Source: Mytilus trossulus
Taxonomy: Eukaryota
Assembly: GCF_036588685.1 (NCBI RefSeq)
Contig: NC_086377.1
Span: 20,212,001-20,276,000 of the forward strand
Length of the DNA stretch: 64,000 bases
Direction: 5' to 3'
Under the pieces are notes generated by a model. It ran no database searches, was not told the origin of the DNA, and saw only the letters and a program-made list of their open reading frames with translations. Shown here one piece after another: positions 26,734 to 40,365 of this stretch; the stretch's first letter is position 1; each line of letters begins with the position of its first letter. The translations under genes were made by a program, and so were the position numbers.

Positions 26734-29707
26734 ATAAACTGACCTGTAACAGGAAGTTGAAAGAACAGTGTTATGGATCAATGACATAAAGCTTGACAAA
26801 CAAAGACTCTTAAAAAAAAAACAATAATTTTCTCAACTATCTGACCTTCCTCACATACTTTTAATGTGCAATCAATTTGAGATGCTCTATGAATAAGTTT
26901 TTTCAGTTATAATTAAACTCATAATAGATACCAGGATTGAAATTTTATATCTACGTCGGACGCGCGTTTTGTCTACAAGAGACTTATAAGTGACGCTCGA
27001 ATAAAAAAATGTTTAAAATGACCCAAAATAACGAATCAATATAAAATAATTCAAACGAGATCATGAAAGACATGATTAAGTATAATACAATGAACAAAAA
27101 AACAATTATGATACAGCAACATACCACAACCACATTGTACATTAAATTGTATGCTTCTGTTCAAATATGGACTTCCACATAATTGCGGATACGGGTTAAA
27201 ATTGATTTATGTCGCCATACCCATTTCTAAAACCTGGGACAGTGATGAAACATACATCACAAGAATGAACAAACGAATCAATTGAAAAGGGAATTTGAGG
27301 ATTTTCACCACTTTCTAACATTGCTAATAATTCATTATACACAGTTAACTTTCATTTTACTAATAAGAATGGAATTTGAAAATGTATCAAGACCATTTAC
27401 CTTTTTTGCTATTTTTAAAAACCTATGGTCACAAGTGCTTTTATGTCTTTTATCATGCAGTTTATGAAAAAATAAAAAAATATTTTTTTTTTCACCTGTA
27501 TGTAAAATTTACTTGACATTTTTCTAGAACGGATTCTTCCCTCAGTTTGGGAAAGTATGTTCAGTTTTTGTCCAATTACACTGTTCAGGTACATTAACTA
27601 GGAAGGGCACATACAAGAGCAACCTATTTTTCAGAATTAAAATACTACCATGCTACCTATAAACGACGTCTTTAAATAGTTACTTATCACATATATATTC
27701 TGATTGGTTGCTTTATGATGTAGCTGAGATACAACGACAGCTATAAAGTAAAATGAAGTACAGAATTACAGACTTACAGACTTCTCTCATTTTTAAAACA
27801 CAAAAAGACTAAACAATATAAAAGCCTTCAGCATCATTTAAGTTCACAACAGAATACGTTTTGAAGATTGATGTTTTGTTGGTTGATTGACGTGCAGTAG
27901 AAAATGTTGCATATAAGTTCTAGACGAGAAAAAAATAAATACTAACTATAAAAGGTAGGTCTTATGATAATTTGCGTCCAGAATACAGACAATGACATAG
28001 ATATTTGGACTGTCTTTCGAAAAGTAGAGTTTATACGATACGGTAAAAATTTAGCTTTGAAACAGGCCGAAATAATACATATCTTAAAGAGGGACAACAG
28101 ATACCAAAGAGACAGTCAAACACATAAATCTAAAACAAACTGACAACGCCATGGCTAAAAATGAAAAATACAAACAGACAAATAATAGTACACATGACAC
28201 AACATGGAAAACTAAAGAATAAACAACACATAAGATATGTTCCAAATGTTTTAACGTGCAGGGATCCTGGCATTCTCTAGTTTAAACAATATTTATTAAT
28301 GAAAAATTACAAGACATATACTAGTATTACAATGTTATACAACGTTCAAATATGGGATTCGGATACAAGTTTGGAAAAACTATTATAAATCCGTCTGGCA
28401 TTCTTTTAGTAGAGGTATCGGATTTAACTATCTTATTCTAAAGGCGTGGCTGCGTCCTAAAGAATCCTGACCAGCAATACAGCCGCACCACTTTGGCGAG
28501 GGTTAATCTGCCATTCACAAGAATACAAAACTGACCAAAACAAACACTACATAAAATCAGGACTGAACTCACCCGTGTTGACAATAATTTCTTTGGTGTG
28601 GTCATGATTTTTAATCAACTAATTACAAAACTTTGTTTCAAAATACTGCAGTGGTCTACCCCTGGCAGAGATAACGTTATATTCTCCGTATTTGCAAAAC
28701 GTGCGTATGGCGTACAACATAACGTTTGGTATCAATGCCGAGCTTATCATTACGTGAAACTCGTCGTATTATTCCTTTTAAACGACGCAGAAGAGTTACC
28801 TTTTAAACAAAATATCAAATGTCGATCATCTCTTTTAAGGCAAAAAGTTACTCCAAACGGGAGATTTCAAGAATAGTTTTTTGAGCAGCTGCATTCACGT
28901 CTAGCTTCTCAGTAACTTCTAAATGTACGTTGACAATTTCTGTTCAGAACTGTCATTTTGTAAAACAAGTCATGTACCAAGTAAGGAATATGGCAGTTAT
29001 TATCCTTTCGTTTGATACGTTTGAACTTTTGATTTTGAAATTGAATAAGGGACTTTCCGTTTTGAATTGTCCTCGGAAATGAGTATCTTTGTGATTTTAC
29101 TTTCTAGAGTGTTTATTGCTCTGTGTTTATTTATTCTTCATTCGCTAAAGACTTGGGTAAACGATGGCGATTTAACTAACCATTTGTGTGCCTGTGACAA
29201 GACGGGTACCCGCAGCTGTTGATATAATTTTGGATCTTATGTGTTTCTCAGTTACAAATGTTACAAATATTAAAGAAGGCAATTCAATAAACTAGTATAC
29301 AATAGTGTTTTGAACCGTCTAAACATGCCTGCACTGTGAAGCGAGATATTCTCACTTCGTTACAGGCCGAATTGAGGCTTTTGAATGTGGTATTTTCTTT
29401 GGTTTTTGTCTTTATTACAAATTCTCTGTATTATCAAGTTTATGTGCTCTTAGTAAGGTATTATCTTCTTGAATCTTACAGGTAACATAACGATTATCAA
29501 CGTCGGCTCTGTAAAGGTAGGCAGATCCAATTGTCAACCAAAGAAAGCCATTAGAAGTAAATATTAATAAATATTCAGGGATGTCAAAAAATGTTTCATG
29601 ATGTAACGCATGTGTTACTTGTAAAATAGGGTGACGCTATAATGTTAGACAAAGTGATTTGTTTGTTTTGTTTTACTTGATTGAGAGATTAATGAACAAT
29701 CTAGATA

Positions 29708-29985
29708 AACTCATCATAGATACCAGGACTAAATTTTGTATAAACGCCAGGCGTGCGTTTCGTCTACAAAAGACTCATCAGTGACGCTCAAATCCTAAAA
29801 GGTTAAAAAGGCTATATAAAGTACGAAGTTGAAGAGCATTGAGGAAAAAAAATCCTAAAAGTTTTGCCAAATACAGCTAAAGTATCTATGCCTAAGGTAA
29901 AAAAGCCTTAGTATTTCAAAAATTCTAAATTTTGTGAACAGTAAATTTATAAATATACCCTTATTAATGATAATTCATGTCAGCA
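29708..29985 (-). ncRNA. Retrozyme-like repeat with hammerhead ribozyme (same family as 1-215)
   Basis: Minus strand reads CTGATGA-GTCT-tttgt-AGAC-GAAA-CGC-acgcctg-GCG-TT (29781 to 29743). Decayed relatives at about 26915-27030 and 44610-44760. Confidence 0.75.
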
Positions 29986-32690
29986 TACTGGGAAATGTTT
30001 TGTTTCAAACATTGTAAACCAACACAAAGGAAGAACTAAACGACATTTGATTGAAAGGACAAATTACAAAAACAAAATGAAAAGAGAGAGACCAAAAACA
30101 AAAAGATAATATAAAGTACTGCTAATGTTTTGTGACATGTCGTCAGACGGAGTAAAATTGATATATACTGCAGCTGTGCTATTTGAGCAGTCAAATTGCA
30201 TTGACTGTATATTTATATGTGATATACAGTCACTATAGCCGTGTATCACCTTGTTTATGACGTTAACAATGCTTTTCCGTACAGTGTTATTTATGACGTC
30301 AATAAAACATACAGGTTCGCGGCAATTTTACGTTGTCCGCTCACAATTAAAGAGTGACCTTTTTGTCCCTAAATACCTCATTTTGAACAGTTATAAGAGT
30401 TGCAGTATATATAGAATAACCATACAATCTCTAAATATCAATCTGTTATTTGTACTCGGCTCAAAACAGGTAGAAATGCTCGGCAGAGCCTCGCTTTCTA
30501 CCTGTATTTAAGCCTTGTACAAATAACATTGATATTTCGAGAAAATGTATAGTTATTCTATATGTACAATGATATATATGTATTCTTGTTTTTCCTTTTG
30601 GTATTATACAACCGAAAACAAAAGATCATCGTTTCAAGAAAGTTTAACAGACATACAGACAACAGTCAGTGTACAGATACGATCGTTCCTATTTTTGACA
30701 CGATCTCATACATGTGACATACTTTTAGTTGTTGGTGTCATGCTTTTTCTATAGAGTGTCAACATGCCATTTTTGTTTTTCTTTGTTTACATAATTTCAT
30801 AGTGATTAAGGTTAAAACACAAAGTTGACTGTTGTACTTCAATTTTGACAATAGTACCAATTATGTAAATTTTGTGGCAACTTATTATTGTCAGTAATAT
30901 AATTAAAAGTGACTTTCATACATGTACACATGAGACGTTTAGCTAGTAATAAAATATCATCATTTACATTTTATCTATTTTACAATTCGATGGTGTTGTC
31001 AACTATTGTTGGAAGAGTATAGCATGAACTATAAGTACATTTAATTTTGGACAGCAATATTTAACTGATAAACTATACGAGCATCAGTTAGAAGGTAGAA
31101 GTTAGATACGATATTTAAACAAGAACCTTGAAATGAGAACAAAATGTTAAATGTATTGATTTGAAATGATCAAATGTCATCGTGCCTATTTAGTAAAATT
31201 TATTCTTAAACAATTCTTAAATGTGTTTTGTATGAAATTCAAAACAATTGGTAATATTTAATCGATGATAAACTGCAGACAAGTATTTTATTTATATGTA
31301 AACACAAAACAGGAAATAATGTTATCTGAACAGATATGATTTTATGGTCAACATAAATGGAGGACAACGAACTTGAGGTATTGTTAATTTGTTTTCGTAG
31401 TGCAATTTTCGTTCATATTATATATTATTTTTATCCTCCAATAGGATATTAGATAAAGTATATTTAATTCGCGCATGTTTATCCATACTAGATAAAAGAA
31501 AAAGATAAATGATTCAACATTGCTATTAATACCAACTACGTTCTTTTGCACAGGTAACACCTGTTCTATTTTACATGTACATGTACATTTATGTAACTAT
31601 AAAGATAACAATATGTTAGGCTGAGATATCATACATAACGTGTATAGATGTTATATGATTTGCATGTCGATAGATGTAGAAATACTTTCCCTGTTGACGA
31701 ATCAGTCTCGAACGTTTGCTTTGTTCACTCTATTTCCTTGGGTGTTGAAGATCGAAAACCAGGACAACGTTTACCTTATTTCATTTAAATTTTCAAAGAC
31801 TTGTTACTTTAACTTGAGTCGTATCATTATTTCCATTACAAGTAATATCAAAATCAATTAACGTGGTACACATAGTTTGCTCAATCTCAATGATGACGTC
31901 CAATTTCAGTTTGTTTTTCTCTGTGTAATGACAAAAACGACACAAGTAGAGGGGTCGAATTTAAGTTTTTTTGTGTACTGGCCAGCCGGATCAGTGAACT
32001 GAAACTCTACTGGTCCGGCTCCAAATCTACTGGTTCTGCAAAAATGACATTAATTTTACAAACACTTATATTAACGACAGTTGTTTAATTTTGATGCTTT
32101 CGTTTCCATAAGTTAGACAGTAACAAAGGAATAGTCTTTATTCTGATTTTGATAAAGGCTTTGGTAATCTCAATGATTTTCTTTATCAAAATTAGGATCA
32201 AGGACAGAAAAAATATCAACATTGTCTTCTATGTCATCGCAATCCTCACGACGACCATAGGGTGCCTGACTAGGTCTTCTGGAGCGCTGTCCAGAAATAT
32301 TTCACATTCCAATAGCCGGGACTGGATCAAATGATGCTATATCTTCACTTTGAAACATAATGAACAAACGATCTGATAGAACAGTTGGACGCAATTTTGA
32401 TTGCCAATCTTTCTTTACAAGTTTCATCTCAGAAAACCCCCATTCTGCATCACCAGAATGAGCAGGAAGCAAATGCACTTGTCTCAGAATTTTTTTTTCT
32501 ATATACCTTAATATATTTTTTCTTCTTAGACAAGTGCCTGTGGCAGGAAGGGACAGGATTAAATTATCTTATTTTTTGTCCGGCGGTTTAACTCCTTCTA
32601 AAAATTTCCACATTTTATATTGTTGTGAAGGACGCATACCCGAGATATTAATTAACTTGATCAATTGTAATATCCCCCAATACCGTGTAA

Positions 32691-35600
32691 GTAAGTAAAA
32701 GTAAGTAAGTAAATTATTTATTATAGTGACATGTGTAAATATGTACAGATTAGAATTATACAATATATGATAAATATCAATACACCCGCCCCAATGGACC
32801 TATAAGTCACCTCAAATGAAATTAAGTAATTTTAAAACAATATATCACGTTCTTCAAAATAACAAATTATTCATGAAATTATCTTTTTGTTGACGAAATT
32901 TAACCTTTAATTAATTTTAAAATAAAAATACATAAATATTAAGCTATTTGTAAACAAAATTTCGTCTTTTAGAATATGCCTGTACAATGTATTTGGCTAG
33001 TTTTCGAGTATGGCTAATATTTAAAAGAAAAAGTTTTTCATTAATGTTCATAGAAATAAAGGAAGTAGTTAACAAAAGTTCACCAAAAACATGTTCTCGT
33101 ATATCAGAATAGAATGTACAGTCTAGTAAAAAATGAGTTTCAGTTTCTGACACGTCTGAAGTGCAAAATTTGCAAAGTCTTTCTTCTGGTCTTTCAACTA
33201 TATATCGTCCTGTTTCTATCCTCAGAGGTAATATTCCACACCTGAATTGTGCTAAATGTGAGCGTTCGACTTTGGTTAAATTAAATTTTACATACTGTTC
33301 CTGATTAAAGACAGCTTTGAAAGTTACATAGGTACGAAGTTTTGGTACTTGTTGTATATTGTCATTCCATATGTTTGAATAAAGTCGCTGAATGTTCATT
33401 TCTACAGTTTTCAAATTAACAGCTGTTTTTGAATCAAAATAATGTTCTAGATGAAGTTTACAGAAAATGTCCTTCAATTCGCTACACCAATTGTCGGTAC
33501 GAAGTTTTGGTACTTGTTGTATATTGTCATTCCATATGTTTGAATAAAGTCGCTGAATGTTCATTTCTACAGTTTTCAAATTAACAGCTGTTTTTGAATC
33601 AAAATAATGTTCTAGATGAAGTTTACAGAAAATGTCCTTCAATTCGCTACACCAATTGTCGGTGCATCGGTTATAGTCTGCATTAAAAGCGATCTTCGTT
33701 ATGCGATCATCTTCAAACTTGACTAGTCTGTTCCAATACCTCACCATGTTTGTCCATCTTCGAAACTGGCTAGGGACCCATCCAACATCACCATGTAAGG
33801 CGAGAGTAGGCGCAAAACGGTGAACACCAAGAAAATATCGTATTGTACGGTTTTGAATATTGTCTATTGTTTGAAATTTTCGGTATCCCCAGACACTTGA
33901 GGCGTAATCTAAGATTGGAACTACACACGAGTAATACAGTTTTTCGTAGGCATTGAATCCGAAGTCTTTATTGTTGTGAATTTTAGATATGATTGTTCCT
34001 AGTGCTCTTCCACCGCCATTTGACTGTTTATCATTGACTTGTCCATGCCGAGGGTACTGAATTTGAAACAGAAGCCTACTTTCAAAGTATCACTAGTCTG
34101 ATCCAGCAAGATCGGTATTATTAAAGGTTGCTGGTTTAATAAAAGAACATTCTTATTCTTTTCATTCTAGGATTATGCTGAAAATACTATGAATGAACTT
34201 CTTGGCTTGTATGGTTATGACAAATTTTCGACATTGGTTTTGAAATTTCCGTTATGACTGAATGTAATCCCTAAATATTTGTAATTTTCAACCTTCTCCA
34301 ATTTGTTTTTACCAATTGTAAATTCGAAATTAGTTTCTTTGGTTTTTGGTTTTCTGAAATGAATACACTTGGATTTATCTGTTGTTTACACCATTGGTGA
34401 AGTGTATTCAGCATACACTGAAGATCCTCAGCCGACTTTGCAACTAACGCTATATCATCCGCATACAATAATAATGATAACTTCGTTTCAAGTAAGTCAA
34501 CCCCAAGATTAAGGTCATTAATTTCTTGTACAAGATCGTTTATAAATATGGAGAACAATGTCGGGGATAAATTATCTCCCTGTTTCACACCAGTTTAACA
34601 GCAGCACCACGATGTTAGTTTACCGTTTATACGAACACAGGACTCAGAACTTTGGTATATACTTTTGACAGAGTTGTATAACTTCCCATCAATTTTGTTC
34701 AGCAAAAGTTTGTATAACATCATATCCCTGTCAATAAAATCAAAACATTTCTTCAGATCGATGAATGCAACAAATACTGATTTATTATTTCTTATAACAC
34801 TATTCAAAGTAAATATATGGTCTTCACACGATCTGTTTTTTCTAAACCCATTTTGTTCGTCGGCAAGAATATCATCGTTATCAAGATTACTGACGAGCCG
34901 TTGATTAATAAAAGAACTATACAATTTGCTAGTGCACGACAATAGACTTATACCTCTGTAGTTCATTGGTACTCGGAGATCTGATGACGGGTCCTTCAAG
35001 ATTGGACATATGATGGCTTTTCACCATATGGTTGGAATTATACTGGTGTCAAATATTAGTTGGAAGAGCTGTTGTAATGTTTGAATGATTATTGGGTACT
35101 TTAAAACGCCGTATGGAATTTGGTCGGGTCCACCTGCTGACTTTGATTTTGCATGCATTACAATTTTAGTTATTTCGTCAATCGTAATATTAGAGTTTAA
35201 ATTTTCATTCGGCATAAATAACGGATCTTCCATTTCAGATTCCAATAACTGTTTGTGAACTTTTGACTGATTATAATGGTCGTTTTAAAATTCTATGTTG
35301 TTTTTCCCGTTGTAAAGATTTTCAAAATCAATACGCCATTTGTTAAGTACGTCCTCCTCGTTTGTTAAGATTTCCCCAGATTCATCAACGACTTCCATCG
35401 GAATATCCTTTACTTTTCGAGGACCAAGCTTTCTGATCTTTTCCCAGAATTCATTAGGATTCGTTGTTACCATTGTTTCAATATCGACTGCCATAGCTTT
35501 CTTGTATGTCCGTTCTGTTCGTCTAAGATTTTTATCAAAAACATCTCTCGCTTGACTGTACTCGCGTCTGATAGCTGATTTAACACTTCGATTTCCGTTA

Positions 35601-38017
35601 CACTGTATAAATTCATTTTCTTTATGTCGCATATCATTCCATAAATTCGTTAGGTTATCATTCCAATATGGTTTCCGGTTTTAAAGTCTTTTGTTAGCTC
35701 TATCATATCCAGTTTTAGGTATTTTTTCGTTCATTTCGGTTAAAATTACAGTGCACAAATTGTCATAAATTTTGTCTACATTACCTTGGGTTTCCCTACA
35801 TCGCTCAATTGTTTCAATTACCTCAAATAGTGCGGACCTTCTTATATCACTTGACATGAAATCTAACGGAATGCGATCAAGCATGAAACGCAGTTGACAG
35901 TTAGTTTGGTCTTTAATCCTATACGATAGTCCATGCTGCGTAACATTAAATTCACACATAATAACCGAATGGTCAGGTAATTTTGATTTGTCACCAATTA
36001 GATCTAGCAACATATTGTCGTTAATAATTGACTGAATAGTTAACACCTTGAAGTAATTCAAATAATCGTAAATATCCTGCGGGACGCATATATAATCTAC
36101 TACGGCTTTCCCTTTTTTCGATATTGAGGTAAAATTGTCGTTAGGGAATCTTCCGTTGAGTACACAAAATTTGGCTTCATTCAGAAAATCTAATACTTCG
36201 TGTCCGTGCTGGTTAATACTTTTGTCTATCGGGTGTCTTTTTGGTAGATTATCGATATAATACAATGTTTCCGAAAGACTTCCAATTCGTGAATTAAAGT
36301 CTCCTATCAAATATATTCCATCATTCTCGTTATTCATGTATATTTGCGATAATAGATGTGCATAAAAACTTTGAGCATCACGGCCTCTACTTGAGTTCTC
36401 GGGAGGCAAAACACACGCAAATACAAGAAATTCAAATTCTGTTGAACGGCCGGTAAACTTAATTCCAAGAATTCCATCAAATGACTTATCAACCACGGAG
36501 ACATTAAAAAGTTCAAGTAGCCAGTTTTTTACAAGTACCCCGACTCCACCAGATGCTTTAGGTGCCTTTTTGTGTATTTTCAATCTGTTAAAGCCAAACC
36601 ATGTATACCCAGGGACACAAATATTATCTTCGTTAGTAAGATGAGTTTCACATACGGACATTATATCACAATTAGTTGCTTTAATAATTTCAATTCTCAA
36701 TGTACTGTTTTCATTAGTCCATCCACAAACATTTAAATGACAGAGTTTAATGGAGTCAATAGGCCGGGTGGGCTGCTACCGGTGATCAGTTTCTTGGGTT
36801 TCAGGTTGTGTAGTTGGTTGAAGATTTCTCGATTTAATGTGTCCGTTTGCATCAACACGTAGACTTCTTGCTTGAGCATTAGGTAGATTACGCAACACTG
36901 CATGGGCATTCATTTCGATCAAGCGTTCTATTCGAGATTTACTGCTTTTTATGTAGACTTTATTGTATATGGCATTGTCTTTTAGTTTCATTTTGTTTCT
37001 CAGAACTTGTACCTTTTCATGCGTGCTTCGAAAGCTTATTTTCACGATTCCTGGTCTGTTGGTGGATCTTGTTGGTAAGCGTACCGCACCAGTTACTCGA
37101 ACGTTCTGGGTAACCTCATCTCCAAGAGCGGAAATTAAGCTCTCGGCTTTTTGTATCAAATTTTCACCTTCAGTAACCGGAATACCACTGGCTGTTATTG
37201 TTATTTCATTGTTATCTAACGGGTTTCAGGGTTGAACTGTAGATAATATACCGTTATCATTACTGTTTAATAAGTGAGAGTTGATCTGTTTTCCTTGTTC
37301 TTCAACATTGTCTATACGTGATTGAATTGACTGAATGGTATTAATTATTTGATCGGTTCGGTTAGTTTCTCTAGCAAGATCTAGTGATATTTCATCACGA
37401 AGTGTTCTAATTTTGTTGTCAACACTAGCAATGAGATCAGTTTTCAGTTTGTCAAGTTTAGACTCAAACATGCGTTTCATACCCTCTTGACCAACTTTCA
37501 AATCTTGAACAACTTTTATTAATGTATCTAGTTTATCGGAAACGGGGGAATCGACGTCTGCTTGTTTTTGTGGGTTGCTGCTTGATGCCATTTTTGTTTC
37601 TTTCGTGTTCGACTTTGGTGTCTTTGTTTTCTTTGGTGGTTTGGGTGTTGATGGATTTAATTTATCAGAATATAAATCAGCGAATACACTGTTATCAAGT
37701 TCATCAAATTTCCCACTCGAGTCGTATAATATAGAGTTAGTTTGATTCAACAATTCACTCACCGATATACTGGTATCGTGATTACTACTCGTAGGGTCCT
37801 CGGGTTTGAAATGTTTTGGTTTACAGTCTTGTTGTGAATCACTACCACTACTGCCCCTGTTCCCTTTTTTTTCATTTATTCTGTTTCTCTTTATCCTTTG
37901 TCATTTATGAGTATTTGACCGTGTTTTTGTTCACAATAAAAGGTCCATATAATCACATTTTAGAATTTCAGGAGAGTGAAAAATTTACACGTCCATTTTA
38001 CATAAGTCACGTGATAA
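32691..38017 (-). mobile_element. Full-length decayed LINE with 9-bp TSD
   Basis: ORF1 37762-36776 (frameshifted). APE 36700-35681 (CETHL, GGVG, GDFNSR, VDYI, PDH). RT 35632-34271 (NYRGISL, QNGFR, QGDNLSP, YADD). C-terminus to 32944 (LRIETGRY..CKFC..HFLLDC). (TTAC)n tail at about 32691-32710. TSD ACCGTGTAA at 32682-32690 and 38018-38026. Confidence 0.92.
34025..34217. mobile_element. 193-bp insertion in the LINE ORF2, solo-LTR-like
   Basis: Splits the peptide ..VENLS|NGGGRALG.. and is flanked by a TGAC duplication (34021-34024, 34218-34221). Starts with TGT and contains AATAAA, but ends TA rather than CA. Confidence 0.5.
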
Positions 38018-40365
38018 ACCGTGTAATTAATTTCACAGGTAAATTTTTTTTTTAAACAAACGGATATTGCGATGCAATCAGTGATTTTTATCGTCAAATT
38101 TCTAATGGTCCGCCGGACCACCAGCTGACAAAATATACTGGTCCGGCGCAAATTTTACTTGTCCCGGACTACCGGACTAGCGCTAATTTCGACCCATGTC
38201 GCCTATTGACACCATGCAGTAAAATACACATCAGAAAGGAGAATGACATTTGCCTTCTTTTTTGTCTGAACAATTCGATAGAAAAACAGATTTCTCGAAC
38301 ACATTTCGTAATGTAATCCTCCACTCTCAACTCTTGGTTTTAAATATTCAAAACAATCATCAAGATTCATGTTGTAGTTTTGAAAAATTAAAGTCTCCAA
38401 TGAAGAAATGTCGTATCATATTCGATACATAAGGAGAACAGTTCCAGCAAAACATTTCAGAAGTAATTTGATCCGTTTCGTATTTACTTATTTCCATTTT
38501 ATATTTAATTTTGCTTTTTGTAGATAGTTAAATTATTGTTATCAGAATTGTAAATGTATTGTGTTCGTACCATTCTATTTTAATAAACAAATTTTACTCC
38601 CAGTGTCACAAAGATGATGTATACTGCCAAAAACTTTAAACAATACACGGAATTAGTCATTATTGCTGGAATATTAGAGTACACAGAATTTGTCACCTAC
38701 CCAGTATATCGTTAGCACGTGTTTTTGATACTGGCATATTCAAAGTTTGTATCTAAGTATTTTATTTAGCAATTTTCAGTCAATAAATTATTTGATATAT
38801 TTGACGAAAAGAAGAGTTACATCTGCTTTTTTGCAGAATTTAATAATATTTTCTTTGTACATCCAGGGTAACATATTTGTAAACGCTTATTTTTGAAACC
38901 TTTTTAGACCATTAACTTAGTAACCTTCGCTATCATATAACTTCGATATGTGTGATTACACCTTGTAGTCAAAGATAGATGAACACTATTTGTTAATCTC
39001 TGTTTATAAATACCCTAAATGTTTTAAAAGTTCAACAACAACACAATCCGGATTATTGGGTGTTTAAAACCATAATGACACTTATCAAGTCTATTACTTA
39101 CAATGGTGACATTTTGGCTAGTGATTATCGCATTCAGACTTAAATTCAACCAATCAAATTACGAAATTATGTCAGTTTGAGCACAACATTTTCCTTAGGA
39201 GTACAGTGTAATGTTCAAAAGGCTCGGTAATAAAGATCATTACACACAATTAGTTTTTAATTTCAAACACTGATAACCATGTTTCGAGCTAAGACATTTG
39301 ATTAGTCATGTCGAGATTTTGATATTTATCCATATGAGATCGTTGGTTATATAGTTACTATAAATTCTATAAATAAATTTACCTTATTGTATAGGCATTT
39401 GAAATCCTTCATGGAAAAAAGATACTAGTGCATCGAATGCATGTCAACTAAAAAGATTCATCTTAATCGTTTACCTTAAATATAATTACTTTAATGGTAA
39501 ATTTTTAATTAATTAAAAATACTTAATTCCATCTCGGATGTTTTCGACATCACTCGTTACCTTTCGACATTACCCGTTACCTGTTTGTACAAAAATTTAT
39601 CGTTCGTAATTTATACGCATTTGATTGGTTAACAGAAATACCTGTTCACTTCAGGTAAATTTTCATAAATATGTCCTAGTCATTTCGAAAAGTTTACTGG
39701 TCAGTTCAACACGTTAAATTTACCCACCCTCCCGCCCATTTTATTTTTTGTATTATTTGATATTTTTGTACATGTGTTATACCTTATTAAATAGAAGAAG
39801 TTAGTCTTTTTCAGATAATGCAGATTGATGAATTTGATGTCTGTTTGGGAAGTGACTGGTGCATTTATATATTTTGGAAATTAATATTTATCAAGAATAT
39901 GGACTTTAAATGAAAAATTTATTTATGACATATGTATGATTGTGAATTGTTATTTATGCCAAAATATGATTATCATTACTTATGTGTTGAGTTTTTGTTT
40001 TATTACATCGAAATGGGAGCGGAGGGAATTGATTCTCGATTAACATAAGGAATAGACAATTGTTATTTGGATGGAGAGTTGTCTCATTGGCACTCACATC
40101 ACATCTTCCTATATCTACTTTTGCTTCTCAAAACGTTAAAATATATTATAAATTTGATTAATGACGTTGTCGTTGTTTTTCCCCAAACGTATACACATTG
40201 TCAACTTCATTATTTTTTTTATACTTTACAAGATTTAACCAATTCTGTGATTTACAACAATTTTTGAATTTAACCGTTTTGATAATTCTTTTAAGAAACT
40301 TGAGCATGTTGTAAAATGAGTATTGTATTTTCAAAAATAAACGGTTCATGTTTCAACCCTTATAG

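Larger units (their letters stand above)
31949..38198. mobile_element. Non-autonomous TIR DNA transposon hosting the LINE at 32691-38017
   Basis: Imperfect TIRs GAGGGGTCGAATTTA ... TAATTTCGACCCATG. Clustered ACTGGTCCGG/CCGGAC subterminal repeats at both ends. No TSD recognisable. Confidence 0.65.

Noticed and set aside
31895-32010. ISRE-like GAAA motifs as immune promoter elements
   Set aside because: Short matches are expected by chance in AT-rich DNA, one lies inside a transposon end, and transcription starts are unknown.
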